A stretch of DNA of 64,000 nt from Patescibacteria group bacterium (GTDB lineage Bacteria > Patescibacteriota > Patescibacteriia > Patescibacteriales > UBA12465), in contig JBAYIC010000004.1 of assembly GCA_041665845.1 (NCBI GenBank), forward strand, positions 939-64,938, written 5' to 3'. The notes under the pieces are model-generated. The model was not told the DNA's origin. It saw only the letters and a list, made by a program, of their open reading frames with translations, and made no database searches. Of this stretch, positions 55,868 to 64,000 are shown piece by piece (position 1 is the first letter of the stretch; each line of letters opens with the position of its first letter). A program made the translations under genes and the position numbers.

Positions 55868-55915
55868 AACTAATCACTAAAACTACCAAGATACAGATAA
55901 TCTTAGTGATTAGTT
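55868..55915 (-). promoter_or_regulatory. Perfect 13-bp inverted repeat in the leader of the 232-aa gene
   Basis: aactaatcactaa (55868-55880) and ttagtgattagtt (55903-55915) with a 22-nt spacer. It lies downstream of promoter TTGACA-17-TAAGGT (about 55953-55983). Confidence 0.45.
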
Positions 55916-56073
55916 CAAATAACCTTATTTGTTAAGCTACAAAACAACCGTTTACCTTAATACGTTTATTAATTTATGTCAACTGTTGAAAAACAAAAAC
56001 CGCCCTTACATTTTTTAGATTTAAGGGCGGCTTATACAAGCGTAGATCTAGCTGTTAAATAAACTTATTAACA

Positions 56074-56775
56074 TTATTCTTCGTCATTTAGATCATCTTC
56101 ATCTTCAATATCAGAATTATTAGTAAAGCGCCTTTGTTCATGACTTTGATTTAAATATTCTAACATCAACCCCATCATTAAATTTTGTACTTCAGGATGC
56201 GAATTATAATAAATATCTTTTTTCACTAACTCGCCTCGAAAATATGATAAAACATCTTTACCTATTTCTATCTTATGCCAACTTGGCATCTTTTTTAATG
56301 TTTCGGCTAAATCTTCGGTAATAGCTAAAATAGATGGTATTGTATCACTGTCGCCCAGCGCCTTAAGCAATTCGTAACCACCGCGCAATGTTTTAGGAGC
56401 GAAGTGGCTTGGAATAAAAACGCCAAATTTTTGAAACCCAAGTAAATATCCTTTTTCTGAATCGCCATAAGAAAAGGTTTCATTAAAACCCTCTCTTTCA
56501 AAAAAATGACATTTAAAAGAATCCTCACTTAGCGGTTTACGTCCTTCACGCCTTTGTATGGCCGTAGAATACCAAGAGTATAAATCATCAGATGAGACTT
56601 CGTTTAATAATTCTTTAGTCGGTTGAAAATTAAAATGATTGTTCTCATTTTTTTCCGGCTTATAGTCATCTAAGTGGTCCTCCATATCTTTACCATCGTT
56701 TTCTAAAATATCATTTTCAATTTGTTTTTTCACTTGCATCGGATTAGGATGGTTGCGAAATTTTTCTAAATACAT
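56074..56775 (-). CDS. Hypothetical protein (233 aa), acidic termini
   Basis: ORF with an extended -10 promoter TGTTATAAT at about 56804-56812. No recognised domain. Confidence 0.5.
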   Translation of the reverse strand: MYLEKFRNHPNPMQVKKQIENDILENDGKDMEDHLDDYKPEKNENNHFNFQPTKELLNEVSSDDLYSWYSTAIQRREGRKPLSEDSFKCHFFEREGFNETFSYGDSEKGYLLGFQKFGVFIPSHFAPKTLRGGYELLKALGDSDTIPSILAITEDLAETLKKMPSWHKIEIGKDVLSYFRGELVKKDIYYNSHPEVQNLMMGLMLEYLNQSHEQRRFTNNSDIEDEDDLNDEE

Positions 56776-56803
56776 ATAAAAAATAATTAATTATCTTAGT
56801 CAT

Positions 56804-56860
56804 ATTATAACACAAAAACGAGCCCAAAGGCTCGTTTTTTCTACTTTGGGTGGCTAATCG
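56804..56860. repeat. Direct repeat copy A: promoter/terminator junction plus a tRNA-His 3'-end fragment
   Basis: attataacacaaaaacgagc...gctcgttttttctactttgggtgGctaaTcg matches 57212-57269, including the last roughly 13 nt of tRNA-His with 2 mismatches. Confidence 0.75.
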
Positions 56861-56952
56861 TAAAGCTTGGAAAACTTTCTTGGTGGAATATTTAGTAAAT
56901 TAAAAAAACCCAGTATCTTATACTAGGCCTTTGTTTTTCACCAAAAAATTAA

Positions 56953-57102
56953 TTAATCAATTGGCGCTCCATTTTCATCGTACTCTTCATAATAGTCTAC
57001 GTGACAATACATTGCCATTTCATACTGCGACATCCCAGTTTTTTGAGATTCATTCTGAGTCTCATCAACTTGGCTCGGCTGGTCATCTTGATTTTTTGCC
57101 AT
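56953..57102 (-). CDS. Small acidic ORF (49 aa) below the track threshold
   Basis: MAKNQDDQPSQVDETQNESQKTGMSQYEMAMYCHVDYYEEYDENGAPID. Consensus promoter TTGACA (57168-57163), 17 nt, TATAAT (57145-57140). Hairpin plus T-run downstream at about 56905-56935. Confidence 0.4.
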   Translation of the reverse strand: MAKNQDDQPSQVDETQNESQKTGMSQYEMAMYCHVDYYEEYDENGAPID

Positions 57103-57211
57103 GACTTATAATTTAAGATGTTTTTATTGAACTAAATTAATTATATCATATTAACTTAATATTGTCAACTAAGTTATTTGAATTTAACCTGGTAAACCAA
57201 GTTTATTGCTT

Positions 57212-57269
57212 TATATAACAGAAAAAACGAGCTTTTAAACTCGTTTTTTCTACTTTGGGTGCCTAACCG
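57212..57269. repeat. Direct repeat copy B (native tRNA-His 3' end + terminator + extended -10 like box)
   Basis: tatataacagaaaaaacgag...ctcgttttttctactttgggtgcctaaccg. Confidence 0.75.
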
Positions 57270-57329
57270 GATTTGAACCGGTGATGACAGGACCACAACC
57301 TGCTGTGTTACCACTACACCATAGGCACC
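57256..57329 (-). tRNA. tRNA-His (anticodon GTG) with encoded G-1
   Basis: G-1 + acceptor GTGCCTA/TAGGCAC, anticodon arm GCAGG-TTGTGGT-CCTGT, T arm ACCGG-TTCAAAT-CCGGT, discriminator C. Confidence 0.85.
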
Positions 57330-57351
57330 ATACTTGTTTTGTTGTAAAACG

Positions 57352-57423
57352 TACGCCCGGGGGGAATCGAACCCTCATAACCAGCTTAGAAGGCTGGTGT
57401 TCTATCCATTGAACTACGGGCGC
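57352..57423 (-). tRNA. tRNA-Arg (anticodon TCT)
   Basis: Acceptor GCGCCCG/CGGGCGT (G-U closing pair), anticodon arm CCAGC-CTTCTAA-GCTGG, T loop TTCGATT. Promoter TTGACA at about 57464-57469. Confidence 0.85.
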
Positions 57424-57483
57424 TCATTGATTAATCTTGTCTTATAATAATAGAAATATGAAACCTTGTCAAACTGAGTATTT

Positions 57484-58272
57484 TTAACTAATATTCCTTT
57501 GTCTAATCGCTTCAAAAACAATTATTGCAGCCGAAACGGAAACGTTCAAGGAATCCATGCCATCCTTCATTGGTATTAATATTCTTTCATTAGCTGATTT
57601 TAACCATTGTGCGCTAAGACCATCTGATTCAGAGCCAAATACTAAAGCAATTGGCTCTGTTAAATCAACTTCTAGATAATTATTGCTTTTTTTGGTTGCA
57701 GCCGCTAAGCTTTTAATTCCATTCTTCTTTAACCAAGTAGCCGTTTCAGAAACAGAAGCGACAACAACCTGGTTATTAAAAATGTGTCCCTCACTAGCCC
57801 TTATAATATTAGGGTTGAATATATCCGTTTGATTATCATTAATTATTATTGCATCAACTCCGGCCGCGTAAGCCGTTCTCATAATCGCCCCGATATTACC
57901 GGGTTTTTCTACTGATTCTAAAATAATAATTAAAGGATTTGCGCTTAACTTTACATCATCTAAACAATAATTCTGATAGCTAGCAATAGCTAAAAATCCA
58001 TCAGGACTTTCTTTATAAGAAATTTTTTGAAATACTAATTTTGAAACAATAATTAGTTTATTCTCAGGAACTTTTTTTAAAAGACTAGGATATTCTGGAC
58101 TAAAGTCGGGACAATAAAAAATTTCTTGAATATCTACCCCAGACTTAAAAGCTAATTCTATCTCTCTTTTTCCATCAATTAAAAAAACTCCCTTATCTTT
58201 CCTGGTTCCTGCTTTTCTAAGTTTAACAATTTCTTTTATTTTTTTATTTTCTAAACTGTTTATATTTGTCAT
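57484..58272 (-). CDS. TrmH/SpoU-family RNA 2'-O-methyltransferase
   Basis: SpoU motifs NIGAIMRTA, LVFGSESDGLS, IPMKDGMDSLNVSVSAAI. The track start at 58293 is TTG; the ATG is at 58272. Confidence 0.85.
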   Translation of the reverse strand: MTNINSLENKKIKEIVKLRKAGTRKDKGVFLIDGKREIELAFKSGVDIQEIFYCPDFSPEYPSLLKKVPENKLIIVSKLVFQKISYKESPDGFLAIASYQNYCLDDVKLSANPLIIILESVEKPGNIGAIMRTAYAAGVDAIIINDNQTDIFNPNIIRASEGHIFNNQVVVASVSETATWLKKNGIKSLAAATKKSNNYLEVDLTEPIALVFGSESDGLSAQWLKSANERILIPMKDGMDSLNVSVSAAIIVFEAIRQRNIS

Positions 58273-58354
58273 AATAAATATATTATAAAACAAAAGTTGA
58301 CAAAATCATACTATAAAAAGGATAATATTACTATAACACATAAAAACTAAACAT

Positions 58355-61213
58355 ATGCCAATCCCACAGCTGAAAAAACCGTCTGGAGATAGTTGGAAAA
58401 ACCAAATATTAAAAACCCAGTCGCAGAGTAAAAACACTAACTCTAAAAGATACAAAAAATCATGGAAAAAAAGGTTTTTTTCAGGTATTTTAAGTTTGGG
58501 CGCGGCGCTTTTTGTAATTATAATAATTTATGTCGCCTGGATTTCTCGTGATTTACCAAATCCAAACCAACTGATAAACCGCGAAGTGGCTCAAAGCACA
58601 AAAATTTATGATAGAACGGGAGAAAATATCTTATATGAAATTCATGGCGATCAAAAGAGAACTTTGATTGCCTTAAAAGATTTGCCTGAGTATGTAAAGA
58701 AGGCTCCAATCTCTATTGAGGATAAAAATTTTTATAATCATGGCGGTTTTAGTCTTTGGGCAATGTTTAGAACTGCAATTACTAATGTCCTTTACGGGCA
58801 AACTGCTGGCGGCTCTACTCTTACTCAACAATTTATTAAAAATGCAATTCTAACTCCTGAAAAAAAAATAACCAGAAAAATAAAAGAGTTAGTTTTATCT
58901 TACCGTCTAGAACAAAAGTTTTCTAAAGATGAAATTCTACAAATGTATCTAAACGAAATTCCCTATGGTTCAAATGCCTACGGCATAGAAGCGGCTAGCC
59001 AGAAATATTTTAACAAACATGCAAAAGATATCAGCCTAGCTGAGGCGGCTCTCTTAGCGGCCCTTACACAGGCTCCTAGTAGATACTCACCATACGGACC
59101 GAATAAAGATTTACTCCTTGGAAGGAAAGATTATGTTTTAAAATTAATGAATGAACAAGGATATATTTCTGAACAGGAAAAAATAGCCGCTCAACAAGAA
59201 GTTATAAAGTTTATGGAACCGGAAACTAATATCACTGCTCCTCATTTTGTAATGTATATCAAGGATATTCTAGCAGAAAAGTATGGCGAAAAAATGGTTG
59301 AACAAGAGGGTTTAAAAATATACACCACCTTAGACTTATACAAACAAAAAATAGCCGAAGATGTTATCAAAGAAAAAACAATAAACTACCAAGAAAACTA
59401 TAACGCCAATAATGCCGCCTTAGTTTCTATTGATCCTAAAACTGGACAAATTTTAGCGATGGTCGGATCTAAAGACTATTTTGATAACACTATAGATGGT
59501 CAAGTAAACATTGCTACTCGCTTAAGACAACCAGGCTCATCAATGAAACCAATCGCCTATGCGGAGTTATTTATAAAAGGTTATTCTCCTGATACCATTT
59601 TATATGATGTAAATACCAATTTTTCTAGTGATCCGGCTAATCCTTACGAACCTAAAAATTATAATTTAAAAGAAAATGGCCCTGTTAGTGTTAGAAAAGC
59701 TTTATCAGGATCTTTAAATATCCCGGCCGTTAAAGCTTTATATTTAGCGGGAATAAACAATGTAATTGATTTAGCCGAGAGTATGGGATATACAACTTTA
59801 ACTCAACGAGAACGTTTCGGATTAGCCTTTGTTCTTGGTGGCGCAGAAGTAAAACTTCTTGAACATGTTAACGCTTACAGTGCTTTTGCAAGAGATGGAA
59901 AAATGAGTCCGATTGTTAGTATTTTAAAAATTGAAGATAAAAACGGAAAAATAATTGAGGAATATAAGCCTGAGGAAAAACAGGTGTTTGACTCTAAAAT
60001 TGCAAGAATGATTAACAGTATTTTATCTGATAATAATGCTCGATCTTTTATTTTTGGAACAAAAAATTATTTAACTTTAGGAGATAGGCCGGTTGCTGCT
60101 AAGACCGGAACTACAAATGATTACCACGATGCCTGGACTATTGGTTATACCCCTTCAATTGTAACTGGAGTTTGGGTGGGTAATAGTAATAATGAAAAAA
60201 TGAAAGGAACGGCTGATGGTAGTGTTTTAGCCGCTCCAATTTGGAATGCTTTTATGTCCAGTGTTCTTGGTAATACACCGATAGAGAGCTTTAAGACCCC
60301 GGATGATTATAAAACCAGTAAAGCAATTATAGATGGCCAAATACCATCACAATTAATAAAAATTGATACCACAACCGGTCAACCAGCAAACAGTTTTACT
60401 CCACTAGAACTGGTTTCAGAAATATCGGTTCCCGAGGCTCATTCCATTCTCTTTTATATAGATAAAGAAAACCCGCTTGGACCCCAGCCAGAAAACCCAG
60501 CGAAAGATCCTCAATTTTTAGCCTGGGAAAAAGGAGTTACCACTTGGGCAGAAAAGAACGCTAGTTCATCACTATTACTTAAAGATTATTCTGAATTACA
60601 TAAACCGGAAAATAAGCCCCAAATAGCAATCACTAATCCCAAGGAAGGAGATACAATAACAGATAAAAATTTAATTGTTGAAGTCTTAGCTTCGGCACCC
60701 AGAGGAATTAGTTATATTAATTTTTATATAAACGGAAATCTTTGGAAAACAAAAACTGGCAATAATCCTTACTTAAGCGAACTTCTTCCAAACTTAGTTA
60801 ATGGTTACCAATCGTTAACAGTAAAGGCTTGTGATGATGTTGATAATTGTTCCGAAAGTAGTTTGAACTTTAATTTAAAACTAAACAATAATAATATAAC
60901 CAAACAAAGTCATTCTATTTCTATCACTTCGCCAACAAATGGCTGGGCGGTAAGCGCAATAGATTTTCCGTTAAAAATATCCTTAACTACTTTTGGTTAT
61001 AGTGATATTTCTAAAATACTTGTTTTTTCTAAAGAAGACTCTAACCAAAAAACAACTTTAATAAAAGAAATTAATCTTCTTAACAGTGACAATACCGAGG
61101 TCGCTTGGAATAAACCTTTAAATACTGGTTCCTACAGCCTGTACGCCGAAATTAAAACTTGGGATGGGGAGATTAAAAAAAGTGCTGAAGTAAAAATAAA
61201 TATCACTAATTAG
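58355..61213 (+). CDS. Class A penicillin-binding protein (PBP1A-type transglycosylase/transpeptidase) with two C-terminal beta-sandwich-like domains
   Basis: GT51 motifs EDKNFYNHGG, GGSTLTQQ, RKIKE. Transpeptidase motifs SSMKP, SLN, KTGTT. There is a roughly 230-aa C-terminal extension. Promoter TTGACA-18-GATAAT at 58296-58326. Confidence 0.9.
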   Translation: MPIPQLKKPSGDSWKNQILKTQSQSKNTNSKRYKKSWKKRFFSGILSLGAALFVIIIIYVAWISRDLPNPNQLINREVAQSTKIYDRTGENILYEIHGDQKRTLIALKDLPEYVKKAPISIEDKNFYNHGGFSLWAMFRTAITNVLYGQTAGGSTLTQQFIKNAILTPEKKITRKIKELVLSYRLEQKFSKDEILQMYLNEIPYGSNAYGIEAASQKYFNKHAKDISLAEAALLAALTQAPSRYSPYGPNKDLLLGRKDYVLKLMNEQGYISEQEKIAAQQEVIKFMEPETNITAPHFVMYIKDILAEKYGEKMVEQEGLKIYTTLDLYKQKIAEDVIKEKTINYQENYNANNAALVSIDPKTGQILAMVGSKDYFDNTIDGQVNIATRLRQPGSSMKPIAYAELFIKGYSPDTILYDVNTNFSSDPANPYEPKNYNLKENGPVSVRKALSGSLNIPAVKALYLAGINNVIDLAESMGYTTLTQRERFGLAFVLGGAEVKLLEHVNAYSAFARDGKMSPIVSILKIEDKNGKIIEEYKPEEKQVFDSKIARMINSILSDNNARSFIFGTKNYLTLGDRPVAAKTGTTNDYHDAWTIGYTPSIVTGVWVGNSNNEKMKGTADGSVLAAPIWNAFMSSVLGNTPIESFKTPDDYKTSKAIIDGQIPSQLIKIDTTTGQPANSFTPLELVSEISVPEAHSILFYIDKENPLGPQPENPAKDPQFLAWEKGVTTWAEKNASSSLLLKDYSELHKPENKPQIAITNPKEGDTITDKNLIVEVLASAPRGISYINFYINGNLWKTKTGNNPYLSELLPNLVNGYQSLTVKACDDVDNCSESSLNFNLKLNNNNITKQSHSISITSPTNGWAVSAIDFPLKISLTTFGYSDISKILVFSKEDSNQKTTLIKEINLLNSDNTEVAWNKPLNTGSYSLYAEIKTWDGEIKKSAEVKINITN

Positions 61214-61224
61214 GAAAAAAGTCT

Positions 61225-61258
61225 AACAAAAAAATAAGCCCCGATTGGCTTATTTTTT
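61225..61258. terminator. Bidirectional terminator between the PBP gene and dnaN
   Basis: A-run, stem ataagcc/ggcttat (61234-61253), T-run. Confidence 0.65.
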
Positions 61259-61261
61259 GTT

Positions 61262-62392
61262 TTATTGACGAATAGGCATCACAATATATAAATAATTATC
61301 CTCCTTATCCGGCTTTATAACACATGGTGTTGTGTTATTTAATAAGCTTAACAAAATCTTATCACTACTAATATTGTTAAGTCCGTCCAAAAGATAGCGA
61401 TAATTAATAGTTATTTCGTTATCAATACCGTTTACTTCAGCCTCTACTTCTGCCTGGCTCTCGCCACTAGCGCCAGAAAAAGCTGAAACAATAATTTTTT
61501 TCTTAGAAAATAATAGTGTAGTATCATTTATTCCTGTTTTAGAAAATAAAGCAGCCGCTTTTACCGCCCTAATTAATTCTAGACGACCAACTTTCACCTC
61601 AGTTTGACTTTTATTGGGAATGATCTGTTTATAATCAGGATATCTTCCATTTATTGTCCGAGAAATAAGACTAACTGAATCAAAAATAAATAATATTTGA
61701 TTATCTGATAAACATATTTTTATTTCACTAGCTTCATCAGACACATCAGTCGTCTCAAGATTATTTAATATTCTTAAGAGTTCTTGGACTGTTTTAGACG
61801 GAACAATTATCCTTTGCTCTTGACCCTCTTTATTGTTATTTTTTACTTTTATTTCCTTTTCCGCTAACCGATAACTATCAGTTGCCGCTAAACTTAAGGT
61901 ATTATTAATAAAATTAAAAAGAACTCCAGTTAGTTCAACTCTATTTTCACTATTGGAAACCGCAAAAACTACAGACGCCAGAGCCTTTTTAAAATCATTT
62001 ATATCGCAGATATAATTGTTATCTTCATTGATGGTCGGTATTAGAGGAAATTCTTTAGCTTGTTCCCCTTTTATTCTAGTTTTATAATTTCCCGACTCCA
62101 CTTTAAGTTCTCCATCCTTTTCTTCTATTTTAACTTTTTCTCCATTACTCAATAAACCTACATATTCCGATACTAGCCTTGAGTCAACAGTAAACTCGCC
62201 ATCAGATTCCACCTTTCCTCTTAGTTGGTGTTTAATCCCAATTTCTAAGTTAGTACCAGTGAACTCTATATTTCCATTTTCCACTTTTATTAAAATATTA
62301 TTTAGAATGGGAAGATTAACATTTTTAGTGGTTGCATGTCCAACAATGTTTAATCCTCTTTTAAGATTCTCTTGTAGACTGATAAATTTCAT
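61262..62392 (-). CDS. dnaN: DNA polymerase III beta sliding clamp
   Basis: 376 aa with a three-domain clamp pattern (MKFISLQENLKRGL..., ATDSYRLAE, PIRQ C-terminus). Downstream of dnaA. Confidence 0.9.
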   Translation of the reverse strand: MKFISLQENLKRGLNIVGHATTKNVNLPILNNILIKVENGNIEFTGTNLEIGIKHQLRGKVESDGEFTVDSRLVSEYVGLLSNGEKVKIEEKDGELKVESGNYKTRIKGEQAKEFPLIPTINEDNNYICDINDFKKALASVVFAVSNSENRVELTGVLFNFINNTLSLAATDSYRLAEKEIKVKNNNKEGQEQRIIVPSKTVQELLRILNNLETTDVSDEASEIKICLSDNQILFIFDSVSLISRTINGRYPDYKQIIPNKSQTEVKVGRLELIRAVKAAALFSKTGINDTTLLFSKKKIIVSAFSGASGESQAEVEAEVNGIDNEITINYRYLLDGLNNISSDKILLSLLNNTTPCVIKPDKEDNYLYIVMPIRQ

Positions 62393-62657
62393 ATTTTTGT
62401 TTATCTATTATTATATTATTATATATATAATATATTAATTAATAGTAATAATAAGGGAGGGGATAACTTTAATAATTTTAATATAATTGATTTTTATTTG
62501 ATGTTTTTTGAGATTTAACGGTTGATAACCTTATGGACTAGGGGTGTTTTATTTTTAATGGTTTGTTAATAAGTTGAGATAGTGAATTTTTATACACAAC
62601 TTGTTAAAAGTAATTAATAAATTATACCGGAGTTATTAACAGACTAGTCCACAGAAA
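62393..62657. other. Candidate oriC (dnaA-dnaN intergenic)
   Basis: Nearly pure A/T stretch at 62401-62455 (possible DUE). DnaA-box-like 9-mers: TTATACACA 62590-62598 (8/9), TAGTCCACA 62645-62653 (7/9), aggGGATAA 62458-62466 (7/9), ggTTGATAA 62520-62528 (7/9), TTATTAACA 62633-62641 (7/9). Confidence 0.6.
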
Positions 62658-64000
62658 TTAGTAATTTTGGTTGAAAAGTTGTTTGACGGATTCTATTTCT
62701 TGTTTTATTTTCTCGTTCCCATTATCTTTAACCTCATGAGAAATTTTATTGTAGGCATGCATCGCGGTTGTATGATCTCGACCACCGAGCTCGTTACCGA
62801 TTGTTGGATAGGAGGTATTTAATTCTTCTCTTATTAAATAAATAGCGATTTGTCTTGGCCAAACTAATTCTTTTTTACGGCTATTACCAATAATATCTTT
62901 ACTACTAATTCCATAAAACTTACTTACAGCCTCAATTATATCTTTAGGCGACATAGAACGGGACTTAATATTTGAAATAAAGTCTCCTAAAACGTCTTTA
63001 ACGGTTTTTATGGTTGGTTCTAATCCCTTAAGTTGATGGAAAGCGATTACTTTATTCAGTGCCCCCTCTAGTTCCCTGATATTATTTTGGACTTGATCGG
63101 CAATATAAACTAATACTTCGCGGTTAAGGTTAAGGCCTTTCTCTAAAGCCTTTTTTTCGAGAATAACAATTTTTGTTTCAACGTCTGGCTTACCAACATC
63201 AGCTACCATTCCGGATTCGAACCGAGAAATCAATCTTTTTTCAATAGCCGGGATTGATTTGGGTGCTCTATCAGAAGTCATAACAATTTGCTTATCATTT
63301 TGTTGAAGTTCATTAAAAGTATGAAAGAATTCTTCTTGGGTTCCATCTTTCCCACCCATAAATTGGATATCATCAATTAACAGCAAATCAACATTACGAT
63401 AAAGATTTTTAAACTCTTTTGCCTTTCCTCCAGTAACTGCTTGAATGTAATTATTGGTAAACTTCTCGCTAGTAGTATAAAGAATTTTATCTGTTCTTTT
63501 AGCAACTTCATTTCCGATTGCCTGAAGAAGATGTGTTTTTCCTAATCCCACTCCGCCATAAATAAATAAAGGATTATAAGATTTACCTAAATTATTAGTA
63601 ACCGCTAAACAGGCGGCATGAGCTAGTTCATTCCCCTTCCCAACTACAAAATTTTCAAAAACATATCTAGGATTTAAGCCAAAACGATTGATATTTGATG
63701 TAGTTTGAGCAGTATTATTTGTTTGAGGTTTTTGCGTAGAAGTTATTTGAGGTTCATCCTCTTTATTTTCAGAAAGATTTATTTGAAAAGAGGAAGTATT
63801 CTTTTTAAGTTCTATTTTATAAATTACTTCAACAACTTCTTGTCGAGTAACGTTTTGTAAAGCGCTTAAAATATTTTTATGATATTTTTCTTCCAACCAT
63901 TTTTTTACAAAAGCATTTGGGACACAGATTACTACTCGGTTGTTTTCAAAAGAAGAAATAAAGGTATCTTTAAACCAAGTAACAAAATTAGCACGAGAAA
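62658..64000 (-). CDS. dnaA: Chromosomal replication initiator DnaA (5' end beyond window)
   Basis: AAA+ GGVGLGKTHLL, LLIDDIQF, C-terminal DNA-binding DHTT. The frame stays open upstream of the track TTG start (…SRANFVTWFKDTF…VPNAFVKKWLEEKY), so the gene is truncated by the window edge. Confidence 0.95.
   Translation of the reverse strand, partial: SRANFVTWFKDTFISSFENNRVVICVPNAFVKKWLEEKYHKNILSALQNVTRQEVVEVIYKIELKKNTSSFQINLSENKEDEPQITSTQKPQTNNTAQTTSNINRFGLNPRYVFENFVVGKGNELAHAACLAVTNNLGKSYNPLFIYGGVGLGKTHLLQAIGNEVAKRTDKILYTTSEKFTNNYIQAVTGGKAKEFKNLYRNVDLLLIDDIQFMGGKDGTQEEFFHTFNELQQNDKQIVMTSDRAPKSIPAIEKRLISRFESGMVADVGKPDVETKIVILEKKALEKGLNLNREVLVYIADQVQNNIRELEGALNKVIAFHQLKGLEPTIKTVKDVLGDFISNIKSRSMSPKDIIEAVSKFYGISSKDIIGNSRKKELVWPRQIAIYLIREELNTSYPTIGNELGGRDHTTAMHAYNKISHEVKDNGNEKIKQEIESVKQLFNQNY

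Noticed and set aside
1-64000. Alternative genetic code (UGA recoding as in some CPR lineages).
   Set aside because: Long conserved genes are intact under the standard code. The paralog 4 to paralog 3 junction uses the classic ATGA overlap, with TGA acting as stop.

Overview
Low-GC, gene-dense bacterial window, mostly transcribed on the minus strand, that ends in dnaN, a candidate oriC and a 5'-truncated dnaA. By inference it looks like a small Patescibacteria/CPR-type genome, with the standard genetic code (an ATGA start/stop overlap uses TGA as stop). Housekeeping genes I recognise are pilT, rnc, nusB, rpmF, ftsH, an S1 protein, smpB-ssrA, tig, hppA, nusA, gdh-trxA-csoR, recQ, folD-glyA, an Elp3-like gene, a PMM/PGM, glgP and a class A PBP. 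There are four tRNAs (Gly-GCC, Leu-TAA, His-GTG, Arg-TCT) and a tmRNA. Many genes have readable TTGACA/TATAAT promoters and hairpin terminators. Four regions deserve a second look. (1) 8.2-13.0 kb is a single transcription unit of four translationally coupled, divergent paralogous two-TM proteins of unknown family, followed by a fused OMP-decarboxylase-like/PRTase gene. An adenylosuccinate-lyase-family gene and a 4-Cys mini-protein sit next to it. (2) 19.8-24.9 kb is a cassette-like islet abutting tRNA-Gly/tRNA-Leu/tmRNA. Its orphan genes are separated by a conserved repeat family, and one Schlafen/AlbA_2-like gene is flanked by 49-nt direct repeats. (3) At tRNA-His, a duplicated junction carrying a tRNA 3' fragment brackets a 49-aa mini-gene. 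(4) Several regulatory or RNA candidates are listed: an orphan sRNA unit, a Cys-x-Cys CsoR-family repressor with an operator and a leaderless start, and an attenuator ahead of a YhhQ-like transporter. No CRISPR array, transposase, integrase or reverse transcriptase is visible.
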